A stretch of 64,000 nucleotides of DNA, from positions 130,895 through 194,894 of the forward strand of contig JBECUI020000034.1 in assembly GCA_040954595.2 (NCBI GenBank), given 5' to 3'. The notes beneath the pieces are model-generated. The model made no database searches, had not been told where the DNA came from, and saw only the letters and a list, made by a program, of their open reading frames with translations. Every line of letters begins with the position of its first letter. The first letter of the stretch is position 1. Shown in pieces: positions 11,106-21,700 of the stretch. This DNA comes from Balanoglossus misakiensis (lineage: Eukaryota > Animalia > Hemichordata). Position numbers and translations under genes: made by a program.

Positions 11106-11684
11106 TTCTCGCATACCATTTTGAGAAAGTACTGGTGTAAGCGCTTATCGTCGGTTAACTCGCAATGAAATGTAGCCCCGAGCATTTTCTTCTCCCCGAA
11201 CAAGGATTGGATATTTGTTGTAATATGCCAACGTTGTTACTGTTTCCCCAACTGAGTGAATAATTGGAGCACGAATAAAACAAGTGTGGACTGGTTTAAT
11301 GCCAAGTGTAGGCATTAAGATATCTGCTTCGAAACTGCTAGTCTGCCGTCCGTAAGCATTTCGCTTAATGTCAATGTCCAAAAGAGCAATATGAGGGAGG
11401 GCGCTATCAATAATATTTTTTGCCAACATAATACATCCTGCACAGGTGCCAAATACGGGCAGCCCGTTCTGTATAACTGTCTTTATTGAAGAAAGCAAAT
11501 TCTTTTTTTGCATAAGGTGTGAGATAGTACTGCTTTCACCACCGGGAATAATGAGCCCATCCAGATCTTGGAGATCCTCCTTGCTTCGGACAAGTCGTGG
11601 ATATGCATGAATCCCTGTGAGAATATTACAATGAAGAGCAAAATCACCTTGCAGGGCAAGTACCCCGATGGTTTTACCACCCAC
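11102..11684 (-). CDS. pdxT: PLP synthase glutaminase subunit (extra G about 11196; true C-terminus [27 protein letters not shown])
   Basis: [35 protein letters not shown]; GTG start overlaps the pdxS stop. Confidence 0.93.
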
Positions 11685-12567
11685 GATGGGACATTTTTTC
11701 CATTTCCGGCATGCTTGCGGTTGCAATGCCATGCATAGGTTCGCCAAGATCGTAGGATAGGCGGGCAAGTTTTTCAGGGTCATCGTAGGCAGCAACTGCT
11801 TCTACGATTGCAGCCGCGCGTTTGGCCGGATCATTTGACTTGAAAATGCCTGAGCCTACAAAAACAGCCTGTGCACCGAGGCGAATCATTAATGCCGCAT
11901 CAGCAGGGCTTGCAACGCCCCCGGCTGAAAAATTAGGCACGGGCAGGGTGCCCGATTCTGCGACTGAACGAACAAGATCAAAGGGTGCATTTAGTTCTTT
12001 TGCTGCAGTTACTAATTGTTCCTTGTTAAGAACTGTAAGTTTGCGAATGCTGTCGACAACATTGCGCATATGTCGTACCGCTTCGACGATATCGCCGGTT
12101 CCAGCTTCCCCCTTAGTACGAATCATAGCTGCCCCCTCAGCGATACGACGTAGGGCTTCGCCGAGATTACGACAGCCACAGACAAAGGGCACCTTAAAAC
12201 GATGCTTATCAATGTGATAATGCTGATCGGCTGGGGTCAAAACCTCACTTTCATCAATGAAATCAATTTCCAATGCTTCCAAAATTTCTGCTTCAACAAA
12301 ATGTCCGATTCTACATTTAGCCATAACGGGAATTGATACGGTCTGTTGTATCTCTTCAATAATTTTGGGGTCAGACATACGAGCCACTCCACCGGTAGCT
12401 CTAATATCAGCCGGTACCCGTTCCAATGCCATAACCGCCTGTGCACCGGATTGTTCGGCAATAGCGGCCTGTTCCGCATTGGTGACGTCCATAATAACGC
12501 CTCCCTTGAGCATTTCTGCTAAACCAACCTTTGTTTTCCACGTCCCTGTTACTGATTTATTATCCAT
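11674..12567 (-). CDS. pdxS: PLP synthase lyase subunit
   Basis: [49 protein letters not shown]. Confidence 0.97.
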   Translation of the reverse strand: MDNKSVTGTWKTKVGLAEMLKGGVIMDVTNAEQAAIAEQSGAQAVMALERVPADIRATGGVARMSDPKIIEEIQQTVSIPVMAKCRIGHFVEAEILEALEIDFIDESEVLTPADQHYHIDKHRFKVPFVCGCRNLGEALRRIAEGAAMIRTKGEAGTGDIVEAVRHMRNVVDSIRKLTVLNKEQLVTAAKELNAPFDLVRSVAESGTLPVPNFSAGGVASPADAALMIRLGAQAVFVGSGIFKSNDPAKRAAAIVEAVAAYDDPEKLARLSYDLGEPMHGIATASMPEMEKMSHRGW

Positions 12568-12573
12568 AGCAAT

Positions 12574-12602
12574 ACTATATCAGGGAAATCTGTTTACTAC
12601 AA
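12574..12602 (-). promoter_or_regulatory. Putative leaderless sigma70 promoter of pdxST
   Basis: Minus strand TTGTAG-17 nt-(TGa)TATAGT-6 nt-ATG. Confidence 0.55.
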
Positions 12603-12645
12603 TAAATTGTTTTTATTTTTCATCTTTGATAGAGTAGAATACGCG

Positions 12646-13352
12646 ATGTTTTCATCAAATCAAAACGATTGCAGATCGTATTTCTTTAATTCGTTATGCA
12701 ATAGCATCTTCTTGTTCGCGTTATGGAAGGAATGAAAATTCCGTGCAGATTATGGCAGTGAGTAAAACAAGGAGTTTGTCGGAAATACATGCGGCAGAGA
12801 AGGCAGGCATTGCTCTCTTTGGCGAGAATCGTGTACAGGAAGCAGGATTAAAATTTCAATCACCCCCAAGTTTTGATCTGCACCTGATTGGACATCTCCA
12901 GCGTAATAAAGCGAAGCTCGCTACCGTTCTCTTTTCATGCATTCAGTCCGTTGATTCATTGAGAGTTGCTCAGAGCATCAATATTCAAGCAGAAAAACAA
13001 GACAAGGTTATAGACATTATGTTACAATTAAATGTCTCAGGGCTGCAGGGAAAGCATGGGTTTATAACGGCCAAGGACTTGTTATTATGTGCAGATGAAT
13101 TGCATAGTTGTAAAAATCTTTCTTGTACCGGGCTTATGGCAGTAGGACCTCTTGGTCAGCCACCGGTTGAAGTAGGGAAGGCCTTTTGCATTGCTCCGAC
13201 ATACCAGTGAAGAACTGGCACGAAATCACCCGGAATTTCCACTCGGAGAACTTTCGATGGGCATGTCGGCTGATTACGATATTGCTATAGCAGAAGGTGC
13301 AACAATCGTTCGACTGGGGACTGCTATTTTTTCTGAGCGTAGTTATGAATAA
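12646..13352 (+). CDS. yggS: PLP homeostasis protein YggS/PLPBP (indels near 12660 and about 13190-13240)
   Basis: MAVSKT, FGENRVQE, HLIGHLQRNK, GLM, and in another frame LSMGMSADYDIAIAEGATIVRLGTAIF. Confidence 0.92.
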
Positions 13353-13731
13353 ATATATTGCTGGCATGCTTATTATCTTATTTTCTGTTACCCTTCTTCC
13401 CGCACAGGAAATCGTTCCCATTCCCTATGATCAGGACGAATTTTCACCGTGGATGCATGATCTTCGGCGTACCGAAGCAATTCTCTTTGGGGTGCTTCCG
13501 CTTACGATATTCTACGCAACCATTGGCTATGATGTGTATCGGTTCAGTAATCATGCAGCTACAACTGGAAATTTTGAAAGTTCTTATCTGCCTTCGGCAA
13601 TATCAGCCAATCATGCACCCTTTTCCAGTAGTGATGAACAGATCATCGTCTGGACAGCATTAGGCATGGCTGCAGGCGTTGCCATCATTGATCTTATTAT
13701 TTACCTTGTTCGCGAAAGAGCCAGAAATTAA
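13345..13731 (+). CDS. Spirochaete-type hypothetical membrane protein with signal peptide
   Basis: Signal-like N-terminus (LLPA/QE), PY..DEF..W..DLRR.E motif, two TM segments; translationally coupled to rluD. Confidence 0.65.
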   Translation: MNKYIAGMLIILFSVTLLPAQEIVPIPYDQDEFSPWMHDLRRTEAILFGVLPLTIFYATIGYDVYRFSNHAATTGNFESSYLPSAISANHAPFSSSDEQIIVWTALGMAAGVAIIDLIIYLVRERARN

Positions 13732-14668
13732 TGCAAAGAACATTTGTTTTTTCAATCAATGAAATTCAAAAAGGAATGAGGCTAGACCAGTATCTTAGTC
13801 GTCTTGGCATTGTTGCGAGTAGAAGTCAGTTAAAAAAGCGATTGCATAACCTTCGAGTAAACGGTAGCCCGGCGAAGTATTCAAACATCCTTGTTTCCGG
13901 AGACAGGATTGAGGGGATCATTGATGTACCTGAACCATCCCATCTGCTTGCCGAAGCACTTGAGTTAGACACCCTTTACGAGGATGACAATGTTTTAGTT
14001 ATAAACAAAGAACAAGGGATTGTCGTTCATCCAGGTGTGGGACATAGCCATGGAACTCTTGCCAATGCCTTACAGCATCATCTGCAGGAAATTTCAAATA
14101 ATGAACGCCCCGGCATTGTGCATCGTCTTGATAAAGATACCTCGGGGGTCATAATTTTTGCAAAAAATGTACATACACATGGTTATCTTGCTGATCAGTT
14201 TAAGCAACGCAGTGTTCGGAAGCGCTATCTTGCCATTCTTAAGGGAATGCCTCGGCAAAATTCAGGAACCATTCAAACACGTTTGCGTCGCAATCCCCGA
14301 TCTCGTATCACTTTTATGACCGATACCACCCGTGGAAGAGATGCAATAACCTATTACAAGGTGCTTCGTATTTTTGATGGCTATACTTTGTTCTCCTGGA
14401 ACCGAAAACAGGCAGGACACATCAGTTACGCGTGCATATGCAATCGTTGGGATCGCCGGTACTTGGGGATCCATTGTATGCACGAAAGGATAAGAATTTT
14501 CCAGATCTGTCTATGATGTTACATGCCTATGAGCTTGTTATCAGTATTCCACCAAGTGGAGATCGAAAATATTTTTGTGCAGAACCCCCAAAAAGCTTTC
14601 ATGCTTGCTTACATAGCTTGGGTTATGACCTTGAAATTCCATGTGCAAAACCGTTAGAATTAGTATAA
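13731..14668 (+). CDS. rluD: RluD/RluA-family 23S rRNA pseudouridine synthase (frameshift about 14387)
   Basis: S4-like [20 protein letters not shown], then [12 protein letters not shown] and GDPLY in the second frame. Confidence 0.9.
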
Positions 14669-15418
14669 ATGGAACCAGTTGTATTTATTGATTCCGGTAT
14701 TGGAGGACTTGCCTATCTGCAATCTGTACGGCAAATGCTGAAGCAAGAATATATCTACATTGCCGACACCGCATCTTTTCCGTATGGCGAAAAAAATGCT
14801 TTGCAAGTTCTCAGTTCTCTGCGATCTATTATTCATGCACTGTTTGAGATCTCAAATCCTCAGGTTATTGTATTGGCGTGTAATACCGCGAGTGTTCTCT
14901 GTCTCGAGCAGTTGCGGGAAGATTTTCCCACAACTCAGTTCATTGGAGTGGTTCCCGCGGTTAAACCAGCAAAGGATTCGAAGCGGATCCTCATTCTTTC
15001 AAGTCTTCAAACCGCGGTAGATAAGTACACGTATGATCTTATTAGTAAATTTGCTTGCGATTCTTCTATTGTTACGCTCCCGGCACCGAATCTTATTCGA
15101 GCGGTTGAAGAGTACTTTCCCAACCTTTCGGCGACACAGTTGATGAACAATTTTCATACCTGTATAAAAGCAATCAATACAAGTGGGGCAGATGGGCTAG
15201 TATTAGCCTGTACTCATTTCTTGCATCTTCAGAAAGAATTTCAGAGATGTCTGCCCAATATACGTATCTTCGATTCTCTAGCGGGAGTATCCAATCGACT
15301 CTATTCCCTTGTTCAGTCTCGCTTACATGAACGTGCAATCCTGTATACCAGTAGTGTTTCTCAGCGATACGAGAAGATAGCCGAGCATTTTAGCATGGAG
15401 TATCGTGGTGTCTTCTGA
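14669..15418 (+). CDS. murI: Glutamate racemase
   Basis: DSGIGG, PYG, ACNTAS, VVPAVK, LACTHF. Confidence 0.93.
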   Translation: MEPVVFIDSGIGGLAYLQSVRQMLKQEYIYIADTASFPYGEKNALQVLSSLRSIIHALFEISNPQVIVLACNTASVLCLEQLREDFPTTQFIGVVPAVKPAKDSKRILILSSLQTAVDKYTYDLISKFACDSSIVTLPAPNLIRAVEEYFPNLSATQLMNNFHTCIKAINTSGADGLVLACTHFLHLQKEFQRCLPNIRIFDSLAGVSNRLYSLVQSRLHERAILYTSSVSQRYEKIAEHFSMEYRGVF

Positions 15419-16378
15419 TCCAATGACTGGTATTATTATTCGTGCCTCCAATAATGTCTTTGACCTTTGTCGGAAAGAGCATTTTAAGGAAGATCTCAAG
15501 AACGGGAAAAAGCTTCGCTGCAGAATTAAAGGAAAGAGACTCGATGATACTGATAATAAGAGACCGATTCTGGTTGCCGGCGATCAAGTTCAGTATCGTG
15601 AAGATGCCGACAATCAAGGGAGCATTCTTCTTCGTGAGGAGCGAAGCAATCTTTTACAGCGCTGGAATGTCAGACAGTCATGCATTCAGGTGTTAGCGGC
15701 GAATATTGATCAGATTGTTATTATTTTCTCAAGCAGAAATCCAACAACTTCTTTCCTTTTTCTTGATGCCCTCTTGGCAGCAGCGCTTCTCGAAGAATTT
15801 TCTATTCATATTGCAGTAAATAAAATTGATCTCGGTATAGAGTCTGATACTGAAGTACGGCTGAAATACTATGAATATCTCGGCTATAAAATGACGTATC
15901 TCTCTGCACTAGAAGGAAAGAATATTAATGCTTTCCACCATACAATACTAAACTCTTCTTCTGTAATACTCGGAGAATCGGGAACGGGGAAATCTACATT
16001 ACTGAATGCACTTTGTCCGCATGCACTGCGAGAGACCGCAGAGGTCTCCCGGAAATGGAATACGGGAAGGCACACTACGAGTCAGTCCGGCATTTTTTTG
16101 AGTACTATGGATGCGGTTCTTATTGATACGCCGGGAATTAACTCTTTGATCTCTTTTGTTATGAGTACATGGAATTAAGAGATGGGTTTATAGAATTTCG
16201 TGAACCGGCACAAGATTGTTCTTTTTCAAGTTGTACGCACCTTACCGAGCCTAGCTGTGCTGTTCGTGCAGCAGTAGATGGCGGAAAGATCCTTCTGGAG
16301 CGTTATGAGAACTACAAGAGCCTGCTCCACTCTTGGCAGATGCGTTCTTTACGAGACAATACGTATAAGCGCTCATGA
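15405..16378 (+). CDS. rsgA: Ribosome small subunit-dependent GTPase A (frameshift about 16150)
   Basis: Circularly permuted GTPase NKID, GESGTGKST, GRHTT, DTPG; Zn finger CSFSSCTHLTEPSC in ORF 16169-16378. Confidence 0.93.
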
Positions 16379-18656
16379 ATCCTCATGTACTCCAAGTTCT
16401 GGAATTTCATCAGATTATCAACGACCTTGCCGGTCACTGTATCAGTGCGAGTGGAAAAGAAGATATTCGTAGATGCAGATTCTTCACTGATGTAGCTGAA
16501 CTTACTGCCTACCAAAAGAAGATAGAAGAATTAATACAGAATGATTGGAGCATGCCTGTTGGAACGGTGCATGACATTTCATTTCTCTACGAACGGGAAG
16601 ACTGCTTAGAGTTACAGGAATGTTTTATTCTTCTATGCTTCCTTGAAGCCGCACGAAACTTAATATCTAATCTCCGAAAGAACGAGATAGATTCTATAGC
16701 TCTTGCCCACCTTGCCATACCGGATTCACTCTATCACCGTCTGCGGCAGTGTTTTACGAGAGATGGAAATCTTAAAGACAACTGTGTACCGGAATACTTG
16801 CGTGTTTGTAAACGAATAATGGCAACAAGGCGGAAGATAGCCAGTTGTGCTCGGGCATATATTATGAATAATCGCGATGCATATCAACATGACCAGGCAG
16901 TTTTGCGCAATGATCGAACTGTTTTGCCGCTTCGGAGTTCGCATCGTCATGTCTTGCAAGGGTTGATTCACGGAAAATCAGATAGCGGTGCAACCATATT
17001 TATCGAACCAAGTGATCTTCTCGAAGGGAATAATGAGCTTGCCGAACTAAATGAGGAGAAGGAAGAGATAATTTTTACACTTCGAAAAGAACTCAGTGCG
17101 GCTATTACTGTAGATCTGCATACATTGCAAAAACTGGAGAGTGCAATAGCCGAAGTAGACGGATGTTGGGCACGAATGTGCTATGCACGCAAGCACAAGG
17201 CAGTGTTTGCAGAGATATCCTCGGATAGAACTATTTCCTTGCAAGAAATACGCCACCCCCTTGTTGATGGGTGTATTCCGCTTACTATAGACAGCGATAA
17301 CAGTTTTCTTTTAGTAACCGGACCCAATGCAGGAGGAAAGACAGTCCTTTTGAAGACCATCGCCCTTGCCGCATTAATGCAACAACTAGCCATTCCTCTG
17401 CATGCGGCAGAGGGAAGTAGAATACCAATCTATCAGGATGTGGATGTAGACATCGGTGATGATCAATCCATAGAGCAGGCACTTTCCACCTTTACTGCAA
17501 AGATGACCCATTTAGCTGACATTATCCGTAGAGCGGATGAAAACTCACTCATTATCATTGATGAATTCGGGTCGGCTACGGATCCGGAAGAGGGTGCAGC
17601 CCTTGCCGTTGCAATAGCGCAGGCGCTAAAAAAGACCGGAAGCACTACCATTTGCAGTTCACATGTCAGTGCATTAAAAGCATTTGCACTTAATAGCGGA
17701 TCTTGTGTTGCTATGGAGTTTGATCGGCAGCGTTCCCGTCCGAGCTATCGAGTAGTACCAGGTCCTTCGGAAGGCAGTTATGCCATTGAGAGTGCGGAAA
17801 GTTGTAATATACCGGCAGAAATCATTGCTGAAGCACGCACATACTACGACCGTACCAAGAGCGGATACACGGAGCTCATAAATAACTTGACAGTACAGTT
17901 AAAGAAAGCCAAACGAACTCGCGAAGCACTGGAAGAAGAACGAGAACGACTAGCAGAAGAACGGCGTACATTGCTGCAGAAAACAGAACGAAGGGAAGAG
18001 GCAAGACATCAAAAACACGAAGAAACACTGAGCAGTTTACGTTCTGCCTTGGCTGAATCTTCCCGAAATGTAGAAAAATTCATTCAATCAGTCAGAGCAG
18101 GCGAGATTGAGCACAACAAAGAGAATAGAAAGAAGATCCGAGAGCAATTAGAAGAAACGCGCAGGCTTGTAAAGGAAGAACAGGAGAAGATAGACCAGCG
18201 AAAAAAGCAGGAGTTTATCGCTCCTCCAAGGCCTGGAATGATTATCCGGGTACGGCAGAGCAAGAAAACTGCTACTGTACAGGAGGTAAGTTCCGATAAT
18301 CGAATACTTCTATTATTTGATAACGGTATGCGTTTACAATGTGCAATTAGTGATGTTGTAGAGGTCGTCAAAGAAGAAGATATTCGGAAACCGAAAGCAG
18401 TGTATAATGTTTCGGTACCTCAGCCCCCGCTTTCTATTGATCTACGCGGGTGCATGGTAGAAGAAGCGCTTATGCAATGTCAACAGACACTGAACCGTCT
18501 TTTCCTTTCTAACAATAAAACTCTTACTATTATTCACGGCATCGGCAAAGGATTCTTCGTAATGCCATAGAAGAGTATTTAATAAGCCATAAGGGACAGG
18601 TTCGCTTCAAAACTTCCCCCTCCGGTGGCTCAACTGAGGTGGAAGTTTTGGAATAA
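16375..18656 (+). CDS. mutS2: Endonuclease MutS2 (frameshift about 18551 in the Smr domain)
   Basis: TGPNAGGKT, DIGDDQSIEQALSTF, DEFGSATDP, coiled coil, KOW, Smr IDLRG...IIHG.GKG; continues ILRNAI...GGSTEVEVLE to TAA 18656. Confidence 0.92.
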
Positions 18657-18682
18657 GTATTTCCAACTACCGGCAGCAGTCA

Positions 18683-18958
18683 TTATACAAGTGTGTACCC
18701 ACTTTTTCGATTTTGTTTGATACAGGGTTCAATTTTTTGAAAAAGCGGGGACATTTGCTTTGATTCTGAATATTGATGGGCGGTAGTTACGACTCTACAG
18801 TTGCCGTGCCTATAGTGCATTCTCAATTTGTGTTGAGAATCAATTTTGTCCATGTAGAAAACTTTTAAATCCGTGAGAATTCCAAGATGTACGGGTTCGT
18901 GAATTTGATTGTGTAAGGTGTGCAAATAATTATTTCCTATTTTTGCTAATCCGGAATA
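18683..18958 (-). pseudogene. Remnant of an IclR-family (KdgR-like) regulator effector-binding domain
   Basis: LAKIGNNYLHTLHNQIHEPVHLGILTDLKVFYMDKIDSQHKLRMHYRHG fits the IclR-ED pattern (ETVHLGIL..VVYIDKIES...LRM..RIG); no HTH; internal and C-terminal loss. Confidence 0.7.
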
Positions 18959-18983
18959 GATTACTTTTTCAGAGAAAATTTTT

Positions 18984-19124
18984 TCAGTTACCCTTAGAGA
19001 AAGCTATTCGGCAAGTATAAACGGTTGGAGTGCAATGCTCTATACTAACGGCCACGCGTACTTCTCTAAAAAATATGATATTCAACTGATTGATCGAGTG
19101 GGAGGAGGAGATAGTTTTTCCTGT
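18984..19124 (+). pseudogene. Remnant of a PfkB sugar kinase (2-keto-3-deoxygluconate kinase-like)
   Basis: Hand translation SVTLRESYSASINGWSAMLYTNGHAYFSKKYDIQLIDRVGGGDSF (DRVGGGDSF anion-hole motif); no start; similarity stops right after the motif. Confidence 0.82.
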
Positions 19125-19191
19125 GATAAAATATTGTTCAGGAAAACATCTGTATTTATATTAAGTATTTGGCTTGAGCCGAGGCAATAGT

Positions 19192-19599
19192 ATGGTAGAG
19201 CGTATAGAAGAAGATATAAAACGAGTTGAAGGGAATTTACTTGTTGTGGATTGTGTACACAGAAAACTGGTCTTTAGAGACTATGGCAAATGGCTGTATC
19301 CCTTATTCAAATTGGAAGATTTTTTATCTCAAAATCCACATATAAAAGCAGAAAATCTTTATGTTATAGATAGTATTATAGGAAAGGGAGCGGCAGTGCT
19401 TCTTATTACCATGAAAATAGCAAGTTGCTTCGGACATGTCATGAGCGAAGGAGCTACGAAAATGTTTGAAAGAAATGATATAAGATTTCAGCATGGTCAA
19501 TTAGTTCAAGTCATACCTTGTCAAACAGAGAAAATAATCGATAATAATATTTCAATTACGGAAGCATACGATATGCTACAATCGAGAAGAAAACAATAA
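19192..19599 (+). CDS. DUF1893 (TM1506-like) protein
   Basis: WLYPL, DSIIGKGAA, VMSEGA, CQTE pattern; GAGG RBS upstream. Confidence 0.8.
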   Translation: MVERIEEDIKRVEGNLLVVDCVHRKLVFRDYGKWLYPLFKLEDFLSQNPHIKAENLYVIDSIIGKGAAVLLITMKIASCFGHVMSEGATKMFERNDIRFQHGQLVQVIPCQTEKIIDNNISITEAYDMLQSRRKQ

Positions 19600-19621
19600 C
19601 TAAATATGCATGCCTGCGAAA

Positions 19622-19800
19622 CAATATGTCAATGTTTCCATCAAATTTGATACCTTTCTCAACGATTTTTTACGCTTGTTGTCTGCCGTAATATCATCTA
19701 TCATACGATGATACGTACTACCACATGATTCGACACCTTCTTTTGTCTTACGTTCATTATCAATTATACTCACGGCAAATATGTAGCCTTCCTGCTTGTC
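19622..19800 (-). pseudogene. Remnant of a short-chain dehydrogenase (KduD/YgcW-like)
   Basis: Hand translation IFAVSIIDNERKTKEGVESCGSTYHRMIDDITADNKRKK/IVEKGIKFDGNIDIL (one shift in an A-run) resembles the SDR segment before NNAG; no GxxxGxG or YxxxK left. Confidence 0.55.
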
Positions 19801-19824
19801 ATTATTTCTTATGTCTGGTACAAT
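19796..19824 (+). promoter_or_regulatory. Putative sigma70 promoter for the lipoprotein / V-ATPase operon
   Basis: TTGTCA-17 nt-(TGg)TACAAT. Confidence 0.55.
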
Positions 19825-19841
19825 AAGTGGTATTGTTGCAT

Positions 19842-20489
19842 ATGAAACATACTGTATTACTTATTATTGCTGTTTCCCTTTTCTCTTCTTGTCTTCTTAC
19901 GGAAATGAAGATTGTCTTTGACACGGCAACAACCGGAACATTTCAATATAGTTATACGGTTGGCACCGATGCAGGAACAGTGCTTGATCTTGAAAATATA
20001 GAGGCTACCGAACCCTTATTTCCCTTTAAGGTTGATGATTTTCGATTGTTGTCTCGGGTTATTGACGGCATTGATATTGTATCCGTCCAGAGCGTAAAAG
20101 ACGACGATGGGAATATATATCTGCATGCAGAATATGAATTTCATTCACTAGCAGCATTAGCCAATGTCTTGAGTTATATGGGGCTTGAAATTGAAGGCAG
20201 AGATCGGAAGGAACTACGGGAGTTTACCATACGGGGAAAGCGAACACAAACACCAGATGTAGATCGAGTGGATAGTATCAAGGAAGATTCGCAGCTAGAC
20301 AAGTGGCATCAGGTTCGCTTTGCACGTTTTCTCTTTCCCGACATGAAGGTACGGTATACAGTAGTAGCTCCAAGAGATATTATTACAGCGAACAAAGGGA
20401 CAATTTCGAGAACAATGGTATCATTAACAGAGAATATTACCGATTTGCCGGATAATCCGGCGAACTATGTTTGGCGCATTCAGTGGTAA
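19842..20489 (+). CDS. Hypothetical lipoprotein
   Basis: MKHTVLLIIAVSLFSS-C spirochaetal lipobox; intact ORF directly before the V-ATPase E gene. Confidence 0.7.
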   Translation: MKHTVLLIIAVSLFSSCLLTEMKIVFDTATTGTFQYSYTVGTDAGTVLDLENIEATEPLFPFKVDDFRLLSRVIDGIDIVSVQSVKDDDGNIYLHAEYEFHSLAALANVLSYMGLEIEGRDRKELREFTIRGKRTQTPDVDRVDSIKEDSQLDKWHQVRFARFLFPDMKVRYTVVAPRDIITANKGTISRTMVSLTENITDLPDNPANYVWRIQW

Positions 20490-20513
20490 TGCATAAGTAG
20501 GGAGGAATTAATA

Positions 20514-21113
20514 GTGGAATCGCAGCTTGCGGATATAATTCAGAAAATACAGGATGAAGGAACTGATCAGGCGAAGAAAAAGGCAGAAGAAATACTTACT
20601 GATGCCGAAAATCGTGCTGAGGAAATCCTTAAAACCGCGAGGCAGCAAGCCGTTCGGATAGTTCATGATGCAAAAAAAGAGCATGAACATCTGATAGAAT
20701 CAGGAAATGCGACTATACGGCTTGCAGGTCGAGATTTTTGTATAGAAGTTGAGCAAGAGATTAAGGCTATATTTAATCGATTGCTGATAGATAAAAGTGA
20801 AGAGATACTAAAAGATAAAGCGATCCTTGCCGTACTCATTGAGATAATCAAGTCATGGGGACAAGGAGGAGCCGACATTCATCTTTCGGAAGATTTATTG
20901 AATAAAGCTGGAAGTGAAATGCGGCAGGAGTTATTTGCAGCGGCTAAAAAAAGTGGATTGAACATTCAGCCGGTGAAATCACAGAAGGGGTTTCAGGTTT
21001 TCTTTCACAAGGAAGCGAGTTATGTTGATTTTTCACCTGAAACCGTTGCTCAAGCACTTTCAGAGAAACTGCAGCCTTGGTTTGCGTCCTTGTTGAATCC
21101 GGGGACGAAGTAG
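20514..21113 (+). CDS. atpE: V/A-type ATP synthase subunit E
   Basis: QLADIIQKIQDEG..AKKKAEEI coiled coil, GF.V...SYVDFS; GGAGG RBS; first gene of the ATPase cluster. Confidence 0.88.
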   Translation: MESQLADIIQKIQDEGTDQAKKKAEEILTDAENRAEEILKTARQQAVRIVHDAKKEHEHLIESGNATIRLAGRDFCIEVEQEIKAIFNRLLIDKSEEILKDKAILAVLIEIIKSWGQGGADIHLSEDLLNKAGSEMRQELFAAAKKSGLNIQPVKSQKGFQVFFHKEASYVDFSPETVAQALSEKLQPWFASLLNPGTK

Positions 21114-21676
21114 TGCAATATCATTATTTTGTAGCAACTCTTCCGGCACTCCAGTTGAAGTCAAACGAGGTGTTTTTTAGCATTGATGAGCTATGTACGG
21201 AATGTCGCTATCAATTAACAGACCAGCATTACTCTGAGTTTTGTTTCTTGGCACAGGGTTATGGACTACCAGTTGAAGCAGAACCTGTTTGCCTATCCGA
21301 GTTTGCTCAAACATGTCTGGCATACCGCAGATCACTTTCTGCGGCACTTGCATTGTACAGAAAATTACCGGATGGCTATGAAAATGCACAGTTGGCAAGA
21401 GAAATAGCTATACGCACCGACATTGCTCGGGCATATACAGAAGCAGAACGAATAGCTGCTGATGATAATCCTTATCAGGCAGAGTTGCGTATTATCAAGT
21501 CTATTTGGCAGTTTGTTGAGGAGCATGAAGCTCCTTATCAGTTCTCATTTGAGAATGTACTTGCATATTGTATTAAAACTGCCATGATATTAAAGAAAAA
21601 AAGAATGACTAGGGAACGAGGAGCCCATGCACTGAATGGTGTCATGGAAGAAATTCTTCTTGCCTCTCCATTCTAG
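21113..21676 (+). CDS. DUF2764 protein (V-ATPase subunit C-like)
   Basis: YHYFVATLP.L N-terminus, F..ENVLAY.IK C-terminus; sits between E and A. Confidence 0.75.
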   Translation: MQYHYFVATLPALQLKSNEVFFSIDELCTECRYQLTDQHYSEFCFLAQGYGLPVEAEPVCLSEFAQTCLAYRRSLSAALALYRKLPDGYENAQLAREIAIRTDIARAYTEAERIAADDNPYQAELRIIKSIWQFVEEHEAPYQFSFENVLAYCIKTAMILKKKRMTRERGAHALNGVMEEILLASPF

Positions 21677-21700
21677 AGCATTAAAAAAGATGAAGTGTGT

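Noticed and set aside
19618-19638. GAAACA-N9-TGTTTC as a KdgR operator
   Set aside because: Spacing differs from the known KdgR box (GAAACAnTGTTTC), and it lies within the SDR remnant, not a promoter
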